64,000 nucleotides of DNA from Epithemia pelagica. Taxonomy: Eukaryota; Protista; Bacillariophyta. Under the pieces are notes generated by a model. The model was given only the letters and a program-made list of their open reading frames with translations. It searched no databases and was not told where the DNA came from. Positions 10,717-22,685 of the stretch are shown in pieces (the stretch's first letter is position 1; every line of letters begins with the position of its first letter). The translations under genes were made by a program, and so were the position numbers. The stretch covers positions 2,356,001 through 2,420,000 of the forward strand of contig OX337237.1 in the NCBI GenBank assembly GCA_946965045.2, written 5' to 3'.

Positions 10717-11880
10717 ATGGGGATACACAACAATGCGCACAGGAAAATTCGAAATTCTCGGGTGGAGCGATTCCTCTCGTCTGTCTGTCGCTCCATCCCC
10801 CCACGACGTACCCCGACCACCGAAACTCCCATGCCCTACCAAGGATCCATATTGGTTTCCATTGAGCAAACGAGATCGTTCAGAGCATTCCGAGGAGACA
10901 GTACCATGGTAGACTTTGAACAAGATGGTCGTCCAGACCAAGATGTTGACGAAGAGCAGACATCCAAAGAGAGACAGGAGCAGCCAACCACGTCCGCAAA
11001 GGAAACACCACCGAATGAGAAAGATACGGCTGGGGACGACGAGGCCGAGGGAAAATCCAAACGCCGACGCAAACGCAAGCGCAAAACGAACAAGGGAGAA
11101 GAGGCAGCCACAACGAAGGATCCAGCAGGATCGTCCGAATCAACGACTGATCCGGTCGCATCGTCCGTCTCGGATGAAGTGAATCGTACTGTGTACATGG
11201 AAGGAATTCCCTTTACCTGCACACCGGACGACGTTCGAGCGTTTTTGGCGGACAATGGCGGATTGAACCATTTGGTGGATCTCCGTTTGCCCGTATGGCA
11301 GGACTCGGGACGTTTGCGAGGATATGGACACGTGGTCTTGTCCACGGCTCAAGACTACGAAACAGCCTTGGCCATGAATGGGAAACATTACATGGGGAAC
11401 CGGTACATTTCCCTCCGACCCGCTCAAGCACCAAAATCGAATACACCAGCCTCCATGGCCGCTGTGGATCATTCCAATCCATCCAAAACCCTAATGTTGG
11501 CCAACCTTTCCTATACGGCTACCGAAGACGACATTGCCCAAGCTATAGAACCATATTTGACCAAGGGAGGAATTGCGGACGGTGGAATTCGCGTTGTCCG
11601 ACATTCTCATACCGGCCGTTCCAAAGGGATTGGCTACGTTGAGTTTGTGGAGTTAAAAAGTGCGCAACACGTTATGCAACAACACACGAATCATTCGCCA
11701 TTGGTGATTTGCGGTCGTCCGTGCCGATTAGACTATGATCATGGACGTATTCGAGGATCATTTCGTACGGCCAATGGACAATTGTGGCACAAGGAACACA
11801 AGCAGCAACAACAGTACGATGCCTCTTCTTCCAGAGGGAATGACAAGACTTTCAAGAAACCGCGAGCGTCCATGGACTGA
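10717..11880 (+). CDS. Two-RRM RNA-binding protein (nucleolin/NSR1/RBM34-like); true start may be a downstream ATG
   Basis: RNP2 'VYMEGIP' with RNP1 'RGYGHVVL', and RNP2 'LMLANLSY' with RNP1 'KGIGYVEF'; basic NLS 'KRRRKRKRK'. Confidence 0.85.
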   Translation: MGIHNNAHRKIRNSRVERFLSSVCRSIPPRRTPTTETPMPYQGSILVSIEQTRSFRAFRGDSTMVDFEQDGRPDQDVDEEQTSKERQEQPTTSAKETPPNEKDTAGDDEAEGKSKRRRKRKRKTNKGEEAATTKDPAGSSESTTDPVASSVSDEVNRTVYMEGIPFTCTPDDVRAFLADNGGLNHLVDLRLPVWQDSGRLRGYGHVVLSTAQDYETALAMNGKHYMGNRYISLRPAQAPKSNTPASMAAVDHSNPSKTLMLANLSYTATEDDIAQAIEPYLTKGGIADGGIRVVRHSHTGRSKGIGYVEFVELKSAQHVMQQHTNHSPLVICGRPCRLDYDHGRIRGSFRTANGQLWHKEHKQQQQYDASSSRGNDKTFKKPRASMD

Positions 11881-13422
11881 CTTGCGTTTCAGTCGAATGC
11901 CAAAATTTCTCATCATGTCCACAACGCGTTTTGTCGGGAACGACGGGTACTGGGATTCAATTCCATATGCCCATCGTCGAGCTCTACAGCGACTGTGTCA
12001 GGAACCGGGACGATTGATTGTTTTATTGTCACAAGGACTAGACGACAGTGGCTTGCGATTTGAACTTTGATCTGACAGAGGAGGGAACCAGGATCTCAGA
12101 ACACAGCGAAACGAAGAACGCGGATATGCTTGCTGCACTTCCAAGTGGCAAACTACAAGTATAACGTGGCCGCCACAAAGTGAAATTCGAAATTACCTCG
12201 CGAGATCCCCGAAAGCCCACCTCATTCTTGTCAGAAGGCAACCTACGTAGCTAAATTCTTTCCCTCAGTCATCAGTCATCAGAATATTTCACTCATTGCT
12301 TCCATCACTGCCGTTTTATGATTGATGTCTATGATCGTGTTTCGTCGAAGTCATCAGAATATGGCATAGATCCATTCCTTCCATCGCTTCCGTGTTTCTG
12401 ATTGCGGTAGCCATGTCATATCACCGGCGAGGGTTTATTGGATGATTGCATGAGGTAGACGAACGACAGTGTCAAGTCTGATGCATTTACAAGAGACTTT
12501 AGACATAGACAACTGACATGGTTCGATCACAGAAAGACACACAACCAAAAAATGAGCGGTCACCTATCACACGCGAACGCTGGATTTTGGATAGCGTTGC
12601 AGTTGCACACACGTGGATCTCGCGCAAGCAAGGCCACATCCAGTCCCATGTGCGACTGCGTCAGCCAAAAGTTCTCGTTTTTATTCGGCAGCAACACGTG
12701 TTCTTCCTTCCTCTTCAAAAATTCTTCTCCTTTGCTGGGCATCAATTCGACACACTCCCCAGTGCTTATTTTTGATTCATAGACAGGGAGTACTTGATGC
12801 GAATTACTTTAGTTTATTTTAGCTTTAACCCTAAGATTTTATACTTGGAACCTATCGCTAAGGACTACAGCAATAAAAACAAGAACGATGCTTCCGAAAA
12901 ACGAACACGCATCATCCTTCCGTCGTACGCGTCGATTGTTGTCCGTCTGTGGCTATCATTCGTGGCCAAAGCAGAACCACATACCCATACCTCGATTCTT
13001 CTTATTACAAAAAATGTCGCTCGTACATTTTTACGGCCACTGCTGCGTTTGAGAACATGAGGAGTATGCGACCGACACCACGAATCTCAGCTTACGAATC
13101 ACGACGACCACTCAGCCTGTTGGATTCTAGATGGGGATGGTTCTTTCACTACTCGTTGCCTCATGGAGCGTCGCTTTTGATTGGGTGAGGGTCTCTTCTC
13201 TCTACAATACGCCTCGTCGCGAACACACAAATTAAAGCGTTCTCCTTCCTCCAATGGAAATGGACGGCTCCGTGTAGTACGTACTCGTTCTCCTCTGTGT
13301 TGCCCTATTGCCATCTTGCGATCCAATTGCTGATCTCTCCTGCCACGCTACGGCGTTTGGATTCCTCTAGGTCGTCCCTTGAGACATCTCTCCTGCTTGC
13401 ACACGAAGATATTTACTAGGAG

Positions 13423-16112
13423 TATGCCGCAAAGTGCCGATACGGGCAATGGAACAGGGTCTTCTTTATGGCAAAACCTGCCTCCATGGTATGTCCGACA
13501 AGACCGCCCACAACAGCAGGAAGATTCGTCTAATTGCAGTGGTAGTTCTCCCACCACTACGAATACCATGACGGTTGGAGCGGAGGGTTCCGATGCGAGT
13601 AACCTTGCTTGTTGGAAGACATCGTTTGGATGGAATCCCAATGGCAATGATACTCCTACCGAAGATGACGATGAGGAAGATGGAATTGTAGTCATCAAGG
13701 GGACACGAGGTCCTCGTAGGAACCACAACAAGCCCTACAATCGATCCTGCTTGGTATTCCTAAGTGTCGTTTGTTTACTGGCCGTGCTCATTTGGGTTAT
13801 GGAAGTTGCAGCAAATGGGAATTCTTCCTCGGAAAGTAAAACGACAGCCACTTCTTCCGTAACTGCGCATGACAAAGGCATGACCAATCAGAGCAATAGC
13901 AAGGAAGGTGAACAAGTTGTGGAGGTCACGTCTGGTGCCAAAACTCCATTGGGCGACGATCAAGGACCTGGCTACAAATGTGGAAGACGTCCGTCGGAGA
14001 AAGATGGTAACTTTTCCGAAGCCCTCTTAGGTACTTGCGAAGATCCGATTTATCAATTGGAATCGCAATCCTGTAAATTGGGATTGGTCCGTGGTGCCGT
14101 AGCATCCGATCAACCGTTATGCTCGCAATTAGGTACATCAATCATGCGTGATTTGGGTGGCAATGCCATAGATGCCTCCGTTACGACGGCCCTGTGTCTA
14201 GGCGTTGCCAATCCAGCCTCGAGTGGCGTCGGCGGAGGAGCCTTTATGCTCATCCATGCCGATCGACCGAGTGACGAGAAAAAATTGCCTCCGTTTATCG
14301 ACGCTCGGGGAACCAGTGGACCGCTGTTGCAAGCGCGATCTGGAAAAATTACCGAAGTGATTGATAGTCGAGAAACGGCACCCCAAGGAGCCCATCGAGA
14401 CATGTTCATTGAACCCAATGTCAGTGCAACGGCTTCCACCATGGGTGGTTTGGCCATTGCTGTTCCTGGAGAATTAAAAGGATTGGAATTGGCCCATGCT
14501 CGACATGGACGATTGTCATGGTCGCAAGTTATTCAACCCGTTGTGGACCTGGCGCGTCGCGGTGTACCTGTGAGTGAACATTTGGCTTACAAATTGGAGT
14601 TGTTTAGTCGACAGTTCCGACGCGCCGCCAAGCAGGAAACCAAGGAGGAAGAGCCGGTCTTGCCGAAATACTTGTTGCCCCTGCGCAAATTGCTCACCAA
14701 GGACAATGATTGGAATCATCCCCTGCAAGAAGGAGATCTTATGCGGAACCCTGCCTTGGCGAATACTCTGGAAAAAGTCATGAATGAAGGAACCGAAAGT
14801 GTGTTTAGTAGTACCAATGACTTTGCTCAGGAATTGGCAGAGGATATTCAAAAGTCTGGAGGCGTCATCACGGCACAAGAATTGGAAGACTTTCGACCAA
14901 CCTTGATGGATCCCATTATGGCACCCGATGTTTTTGGCTTCGCCTTGGCCGGTGTCCCTCCTCCAAGTTCGGGTGGTGCGGCCGTGATTGGAATCGCCCG
15001 ATTTTTGGCTACCATGTCTACTCCCCTTTCTACCAATGCCGAAACCTTATCCAAGCATTGGTTCGTCGAAGCCTGCCGACACGTGTTTGCCATTCGCATG
15101 TCGTTGAGTGACCCCAATTTCAATACCGAAACCGTCCGAGAGGCGGTCCGTGATTTAGTAGCCGGTGATTACATTAAAAAATTGTTCCGGACCAGCAAGT
15201 CAGATCATACCTTGACTGCCTTGTCGAAGTATGGTGGAGCAAAATGGGCGCTTCTGTCGGACCCTTCAGAAGAAGATATGCAGTCGAATGAGGTTGTTCA
15301 TGGGAGTGAACGACGATTGGCCCGTACCTTTGGATACCTAGAAGACAATGGGACCTCGCACTTTTCAGTTGTGGATAAGGATGGAAATGCAGTCGCCATG
15401 ACCTCCACGATTAATACGTGGTTTGGATCATCGTAAGTACTACTGAATTCCGCAATCGTATTGGTGGTTCTGTATGTGGTCTCATGATTTGACTCACGTT
15501 GAATGTATACTCAGTGTCATGAGCCAAAGCACAGGAATTATTCTCAACAATGAAATGGATGACTTTGCCACACCTGGACGAAGCAACAGCTATGGACTTG
15601 CTCCGGCCGAATCAAACTTCATTTGCCCAGGGAAGAAGCCTCTATCATCTATGTCACCTACGCTTGTTTTTCGGTTGGATGATGATAATGACGACGAGGG
15701 CCATCACCAACCGTACAGTGAGGATCCAAGACAGAAGCAGGACTTATTGGGGCCACTCGTATTGGCGGTGGGTGGTAGCGGCGGTTCTCGCATCATTACG
15801 GCAGTGGCACAAGTGTTATTGAACTTTGTTGTTTTGGGTATGCCCTTGTACGAGTCCGTCATTCATGCACGCGTTCATAACCAACTCTTGGATGGTGGGG
15901 CCCCTGTGACATCGGTGGAAAGGAGAAAGATTGTTTCAGGTGAACATATTGCCGTTTCTCACCAAACCCAACAGGCCTTACTTCGACGCAATCACAACTT
16001 GTACGAAAGTAGCTTTATGGGTGTCGTCCAAGCCATCGGAGTGGATCATGAAACGGGAACTCTGCAGGCTGTCAGTGATGTTCGCAAAGGAGGGGCACCG
16101 GATGGGTACTAA
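13423..16112 (+). CDS. GGT: Gamma-glutamyl transpeptidase, type II membrane; intron 15433-15514
   Basis: 'GAVASDQPLCSQLG', 'GGNAIDA', 'SGVGGGAFMLI', 'IDSRETAP', 'AVPGELKG', 'PPPSSGG', autocleavage 'GTSHFSVVDKDGNAVAMTSTIN', 'LNNEMDDF', 'PGKKPLSSMSP', 'GGSGGSRI', 'SDVRKGG'; N-terminal TM helix. Confidence 0.95.
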
Positions 16113-16816
16113 GCTATCCGTTATGGCGAGACTGCTTTCCGGACTGGATGGAGACTTTTGTTTCTTTGCTACTATCATCGTATATATCGCTGTACCATCG
16201 CACTTTTAATGTCGCGTCAACTCTGTACGTGGGGTCTGTTCTGTTGCGATCGAATGGTTTGTTGCCACTGGGTCAAACCTTTGTTGTTATACGCGGTACA
16301 GCAACCGTTGTTGTGTAACTTGGCTACTTTGAACATACTTTTGATTCATGTTCATTGAATGAAGCATGGAATCAATCAAATATATCTGCATATCTTAAAG
16401 CAAATCCAGTTCCTTCAAATTGATGCCCTCTCTTATGTTAGGACCTTACTTATCCGTAGTCTGGGTATCCGTTTTCTGGGAATCCAATACACCTTACTCC
16501 TCAAGATACCAGTAACGTACCCAACATAGAGGTAGAGTGACTGGTCAACAACAACCGAGCGCTCCGTAGAATTTCACTTTTTGACTTCGAAAGGGTAAAG
16601 ATCCGTTTTCCCCGCTCGTGACTCCCCCAAGAGACACCAGAGAGACACCATTCATTTATTGTCTCGCTATCTATTACAATAGCCCCAGACCGGTTTCTCA
16701 TGGGATAAAATAGAGCCGCTGAGGGTGAGGAAGCTGAGTGACAAGTGACAACAAACAACAAAGCACAAACGGAACACAGAAATACGCAAGGGTTCAAAGT
16801 ATAAGAAGGAAAACCA

Positions 16817-18127
16817 TGGATATCGACATATTGCTAACCAAGGATGCCAATCTTCTAAGAGCTCTACAGAGTAGTGATACAAATGAAGGCGACCAAGATT
16901 ACATAGCTCCTGGGACGATTTTCTTCGTTGCCTTGGCGGCATGTTTTCTTTGGTGTTGGTGAGTAGTGTCACCGTGTCTATTTTTGGCGGCTATTTGAGC
17001 ATCGTTCTTCAAATGCGCGCTTGTTTCATTTCGACTGATCACGCTACTTTCACTCACACTGCCTAATTCGCGTTAAATTTATTGCAGTGGCCCTTCAATA
17101 CTTGGATATCTCAAAAAATGTTGCCTTCGCATCACAGGCGATGGCAACCAATCCTCACAAGACCAACGTCCCTCCGCTGGAGATCCTTCGCAAGATGCCG
17201 AACAAGCAACATTAACGGAAGACCATAGACGAATTATGATCAACACCTTCTTACAGACAAAGGTATGTGCCTATGGATGACATATTCTTGTGTTGTGCAT
17301 ACTTTCGAAACTCACCACTGCTACAGAAATATGAACCTATCAAATCGCTGGATACGAATTCTGCCACAGTCGATGCGACCACAAGTAGCGTAAGCAATGG
17401 AGAAGATGAAGCAAATGTTTCGGCAGATACGGTGAAGGAGACCGAATGCAAGTCGGAGACTCCAGCCGAAGCGAGCTCCAAAACCCAGATATATTTGCAA
17501 GATCGTGAATATGATTTGGATGGAGAAGCGACGGCGGATTGCTGTGTTATTTGTTTGACTGCCTACGAAGAGGGAGACGAAATTGCGTGGTCACAAAACC
17601 CCAAATGCACTCATCTCTTTCATCGTGAATGTATCATGGAGTGGCTGCTGAAACGAGATGATTGCCCCATTTGTCGGCATAATTTCTTTTTTGATGATGA
17701 AAGCAACAATCACGAGTGTGATAACAACAACAGCAATTATATGAGTGGTGTTGAAAATCGAAGCCCCGCCTTTCGGGCTGCCGAGTTGTTTTTGGAAGAC
17801 GTCTCGGAAACTGGTTCCGCCCTTCCTGATCAACTGTTGCGAGGTCTGGAATTATTGCATAGAGCACAAGAGAATTTGGAACAGTCAGCCTCCCGACTTG
17901 CGTCCTTGTATCTCCAAGGAGACCTCTCTGGTGACGCTGAACGACTGGAGGAACCAATTTCCAGTCCGGACGAGTCGGGTCGGACGATCGGAACCAACGT
18001 TACACTGGAAATGGTGCCACCGGAAAGTGCCCTTGCCACGAGTGTAGGCAGCAGCGGGGGCGCTGGTGAACCTGCACCAACAGTTTCCGACCCTGAAATT
18101 GAAAATGCCCGTGATGCGTCGGCATGA
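16817..18127 (+). CDS. Membrane-anchored RING-H2 E3 ligase-like protein; exons 16817-16958, 17088-17261, 17327-18127
   Basis: 'CVICLTAYEEGDEIAWSQNPKCTHLFHRECIMEWLLKRDDCPICRH'; N-terminal TM 'TIFFVALAACFLWC'; two GT-AG introns restore the frame. Confidence 0.8.
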
Positions 18128-18903
18128 GCATCCGATTGGTTCCAATGAATAGACCAGACATGCCGTGTGCGTCCCCCTTGCAACTAAGCGGGATGCATCG
18201 GTGCTTGGAATGGTGGTGTTCTGGCTTGATCGATTGTAGAGCTATCTCATGTCGCGCGAACTTTGTTTTCACTCATTTTTGCAAGCGTAGAGCAGGAAAC
18301 GAGTTTGGTATACAGTGGTTGAGTACATGGATAATCCCTCTCGCATTGCCAAGGAAACGGAGGACTGTTGAAGCATATCGCTGTTCTCTGGTTGTGAAAA
18401 TGCCATTGTTTTCGAAACAGTTGCCGTTGGTCCCACGCAGTTTGCTGTTGCTGCTTGACGGGCACCAGGTGGCTGTTGTAGGATTGCTCCATAGCTCTTA
18501 CTCCTACGATTTTGGGCGAATGGAGATGTAGGAAACTCTCCTGTAAGACTAAAGAATCGTAGATTTAAGGAAGAAACCGAAAAGATGTGGACATAAAGGG
18601 AAAGGAGATCCTCCAATATGAAAGTTGTGGAAGATATGATAGGGGAGCAGCACCCAATCTTCGATCCCAGTGTGGCTATGCCTTGCCTGTAGAGTGATAA
18701 GTAAACGCTAGTAGCGCTCACTTAAAAATGTCTTGCCATTTCCCCCTCTAAGCCTGTTCTAGAACCTTCGTCCATCACAAGACCAATCAAACATACTTGA
18801 CGAAGTGAATTCTGCTGCATCACCATGTGAGCCAAAAAAGTATCTTTACTGGCGAGAATACCAAGGGAAGACAGAAGGGGAAAGACCATGCAGCAAGACC
18901 ATG

Positions 18904-19776
18904 CTAAGAATGGGACGTTGGCATACGACGGAGAATCGTACCAAAGCCCAAAGCCATTCCCGCGATTCCCACGAGTGCCCCCGCGATTCCCACAAATGCC
19001 AACTTGTCAATTTTCGCATTGACCTTGTCAATCAATTTGTCAATTTTCGCATTGACCTCGTGTAACGCACCATAAACATTACGGTACGGAGTGAAAATTG
19101 CGAACACGGGAATATTATGACTGAAAATCTCCCAGTTCTTCAAAAACGCCTTGTCTGTATTCAAGTCTCGAACTTTACTAGTTGCAATCGTAAACTTTTC
19201 TCGCTCGCCGTTCAAGCAAACGATAAAGGCCTTCACGTTTGGTGGACGGTTATTCCCTTCCTGTTTGAAATGGCGAAATGCTCGCTCGAGTTGCCAAAGT
19301 TTCCCACGAAGAGACTTTGGAGTCTCCGCGATCTCCATCCATACTTCATCTCCCGAAGTCAATAGAACTTGTTCCATTGCTTTTTGGCCGTCAGGTTTAG
19401 AGAGGGCAGAGCTTGGGTTGAAGTAAACAACCTCATCGCAGACATCGCGAAGTATGGATCCCAAAGTGGTTCCATGACTGCTGCTCTCTATTCGCAGATA
19501 GAGGTCAACCTCATATTGCGCGTCGCCCTCATGTACATTTCTGGCAGGGTTGTTCCCCTCCCACCTAAGATTCTCGGGATAGCGACAACTTTCAAAGGCA
19601 TTCTTGTGAGCCGAAGGCAGCGCCTCCTTCTCCGATTGATCTGTTACCGCGTATGACTCCATTCGCCGGACTTCAAGTGTCACTTGAAGTCCTGCGAATG
19701 GAGTCATACGCGGTAACAGATCACCTTTGGCTTGTGCATGTTGAACGTTTCCGACCTGATTCCAAAGGGCGCTCAT
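18904..19776 (-). CDS. Uncharacterised protein with a possible PD-(D/E)xK-like fold, short coiled coil and C-terminal hydrophobic anchor
   Basis: Long ORF (first plausible ATG 19776). Motifs 'YEVDLYLRI' and 'VWMEIAE..KLWQLER'; duplicated 'VNAKIDKL' (33-bp period) and 'VGIAG' (21-bp period); C-terminal TM segment. Confidence 0.55.
   Translation of the reverse strand: MSALWNQVGNVQHAQAKGDLLPRMTPFAGLQVTLEVRRMESYAVTDQSEKEALPSAHKNAFESCRYPENLRWEGNNPARNVHEGDAQYEVDLYLRIESSSHGTTLGSILRDVCDEVVYFNPSSALSKPDGQKAMEQVLLTSGDEVWMEIAETPKSLRGKLWQLERAFRHFKQEGNNRPPNVKAFIVCLNGEREKFTIATSKVRDLNTDKAFLKNWEIFSHNIPVFAIFTPYRNVYGALHEVNAKIDKLIDKVNAKIDKLAFVGIAGALVGIAGMALGFGTILRRMPTSHS
19637..19723. repeat. 87-bp quasi-perfect palindrome (43-bp arms, 1 mismatch, 1-nt centre)
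   Basis: Left arm TGATCTGTTACCGCGTATGACTCCATTCGCCGGACTTCAAGTG (19637-19679) equals the reverse complement of 19681-19723 except at one position. The ORF track gives near-identical peptides on both strands (MTPFAGLQV..MESYAVTD). Confidence 0.97.
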
Positions 19777-20096
19777 CTTTCTTGGTGGTCCGCGTTTGCT
19801 TTCTTTTTGAAAAGGTGTGTGTGGGTACAGTTGCCATGCCAACGGTACTATTACACTATCGACATCGCACAATGTCGATCGATCGTGTGGTTGTGGTGGG
19901 TTGGTCGTTTTGATGCGATTAAAATGCGTCTCATCGTATTGCGTCTGCCATGCGCCCGAGTACCTTCTTTCGCTCCAGCCACAAAGCCACAAGATACAAT
20001 GGTATCTTTCCAGGAGAATCGATTTGATCTTCGTCTTCTTCCGCACCCAACGAACACCGGCTACCCCAACGGAAACAGAAAGAAGGAGAAGACATA

Positions 20097-21419
20097 ATGC
20101 TGCGGTGTACTAACCCACAACAAGTCGCCAGTGCGTTGAAGCACTGGACGAGGAACAGAAATGGCGTTTTTCTTAAGCAACCATTGTCACCGCTGTCAGC
20201 GCTGGATTCTCTTCGGAAATCGTTGATTCACACAGCTGCGACCACACCAGAGTGTATCATTCAACCCGTGGGTCGGATCCCTTGTGGTAGTCATCGCTGG
20301 TATTCTAGTACTACAATTTTGCCTCGAAAGATGACGGAAGAAGAAAAAGTAATTGCCCAGATATCAGAAGAGATACCCGATTTTCAAACTATGAATGTTC
20401 CAGACGACTGGACCCAGGAGGACATTGACAAAACAATTGAACAGGCAAGACAACAATTGAAAGAAGAAGAAGAAGAGCGCTGGGTCAAAAACTGGAAACC
20501 CGGAATGCGCAAGCGCCCATGGTATGTTACGATCAAAGAAGAAGACGTTTTGGACTATACCGATGAAACGCGGCCACCTCGCTGGACACAACTGGACAGA
20601 CGTTGTGGTATGTTGGCCATAAAAGTTGGAATGATGCCGTATTTTGATCGATGGGGAATTCGACATGCTTGTACCATTTTGTTTGCCGATCAAAATGTCG
20701 TCCTGGGTCACAAAGTCCTAAATAAGCATGGATATATTGGAATACAAATCGCAGCAGGACAGCGCAAGCGAAAGAATGTAAAACCTGCCATCCTAGGACA
20801 GTACAAAAATCTCATGCTGGAAACGGAATACGAAGACAACAATCCTCCCAAACTTGTTCGTGAGTTTCGTTTGTCTGATGAGAAATGGTTGATTCCCATC
20901 AACACTACCATTCATGCCCGCCACTTTGTGCCGGGTCAAAATGTGGACGTTTCAGCATTGTCCAAGGGTAAGGGCTTTCAAGGAGTTATGAAACGCCACG
21001 GTTTCAAGGGTGGACGAGCCTCGCACGGTGTCACCAAAAATCATCGAAAACCGGGAACGCTTGGTTCCAGTATGGGTAGGGTATGGAAGGGAAAGAAATT
21101 GCCTGGCCACATGGGTCATGTCCGTGTCACCATTCAGAACCAGCGCATTGTAAAGATTGATCGAGGACGTAATTTAATCTATGTGCGTGGTCATGTTCCG
21201 GGGCCACGTGGTGCCTTTGTCGAAATCCGCGATGCCAAGAAAGCCCCTTTGTGGAAAACTGACAAGGTTCAGCCTAATGCGGATGGAGAAATCCCTGATC
21301 GACCACCACTTCCCACCTTTGACTTTGATCCCAACATTGATGGAAGTGGCGAAGCTGGATACGAAGAGATCATGCCCCTTGAACAAAAGGATCCCTTGGT
21401 GCTCGAAGAAGAAGCTTGA
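20097..21419 (+). CDS. MRPL3: Mitochondrial ribosomal protein L3 (uL3m)
   Basis: 'RRCGMLAIKVGM', 'HFVPGQNVDV', 'SKGKGFQGVMKRHGFKG..ASHG', 'GKKLPGHMG', 'NLIYVRGHVPG'; Arg/Ser-rich mitochondrial-type presequence. Confidence 0.93.
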   Translation: MLRCTNPQQVASALKHWTRNRNGVFLKQPLSPLSALDSLRKSLIHTAATTPECIIQPVGRIPCGSHRWYSSTTILPRKMTEEEKVIAQISEEIPDFQTMNVPDDWTQEDIDKTIEQARQQLKEEEEERWVKNWKPGMRKRPWYVTIKEEDVLDYTDETRPPRWTQLDRRCGMLAIKVGMMPYFDRWGIRHACTILFADQNVVLGHKVLNKHGYIGIQIAAGQRKRKNVKPAILGQYKNLMLETEYEDNNPPKLVREFRLSDEKWLIPINTTIHARHFVPGQNVDVSALSKGKGFQGVMKRHGFKGGRASHGVTKNHRKPGTLGSSMGRVWKGKKLPGHMGHVRVTIQNQRIVKIDRGRNLIYVRGHVPGPRGAFVEIRDAKKAPLWKTDKVQPNADGEIPDRPPLPTFDFDPNIDGSGEAGYEEIMPLEQKDPLVLEEEA

Positions 21420-21909
21420 AGAAATGAGCAGAAGTAAAAACGTAACGCAAAGGACATGTACTACGGACGAGGACACCTGGAGTCACTATTGCTTCATCTT
21501 TGTAACTGACATTTAACTACTTTACCATCGTGACAAGACGATCCTGTCTATGTTTGTAGCTTCAATGGCCTTTATCTTTCTTTAAGATAAACCAGAGAGA
21601 ACGGAATCGTCGAGTCGGAACCAGACGCGATGTGAACTCAAACTGGGGTAGGAGTATCAACTTTTTTCACAACTTTTGCAACAAGTCCATCGACTTTTCG
21701 GGCATAGCGCATAGCCCACATAGATATACCAGTCGTATGAGTCCCGCTTTGGGATCGTGAATCGTGAATGAATGTCCAATAGATAAAGATCTCATCAAAC
21801 GACAAAAGTCATGCGAAGACACAGCTTATAGGCAACTGAATGACCATCCTGATCATTGAAATGATCAAAGCGAACGCCACTGTGTAACAAAATCGTGTGA
21901 TCCAACCAA

Positions 21910-22620
21910 ATGGAGGAACTAGAGCAGAAATGTCAGGATTACGTGGAAAGCCACCTTCCGAGTGGCCTTGATTTGGATGCCCATCAAGTCGCACAGATAA
22001 CACAAACCGTGTTGGATGCACTTCTTCAGCAAGATGCCTTGGAAGATCGGTACGATTCACGCAAGCTACACCTCTTTCATTTTAACGACTGCTACAATTA
22101 ACGACCCGCCGTGGACGCTGCCTCTGCAGAGCCCGATCACCCCTACGGTGGATTTGCGCGCTTTTGGACCGTCTTTCAAGAACAACAAGCGGCCTGTTCT
22201 GGCAAACCACTTGTTTTGTTTTCGGAGAATCATTGAAGCTCATCGATATGGGCAAGAATTATACGTGTGCCGTCACAAAACTACTTGCCACAGCCCGAGG
22301 GTTTGGAACTGACTTTGTTGCCGACGCTCCTCGTGTCGTAGATGAGGAAAATGCCATTCCCATTATTGACTTGATCGTGGAACACCTGGAGGAGCGCAAT
22401 TCTACTTCCATTGATACAACGCAGCCGCACAAACACGGTCGTGTGATTGAACGGCACCACGGAGAATTTGATTAACTACAGCGAAAGGGCTCAGCAACAG
22501 TACCATGATTTTGGATGTGAACATTCCCTTGCTCATACTTATGGGTTTGCAACGTACTGCTGTTGAGTGGACGGCTGCTTTAAGTACGATGCACCATCAA
22601 CAAAATTCATCCTCCTACAG
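21910..22620 (+). pseudogene. Possible frameshifted gene remnant abutting the duplication breakpoint
   Basis: Three overlapping short ORFs in successive frames (21910-22101, 22016-22312, 22164-22475) with protein-like composition; family not recognised. Confidence 0.3.
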
Positions 22621-22685
22621 AATTATAGATTGAACCTGTGCTATACCTCTAACATCGCTAATAGACCCATAGCTGACAAACATCG

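Noticed and set aside
12275-12395. Degenerate ~75-bp direct duplication (GTCATCAGAATAT...CATT.CTTCCATC)
   Set aside because: Two copies only, in intergenic DNA; an ordinary local duplication.
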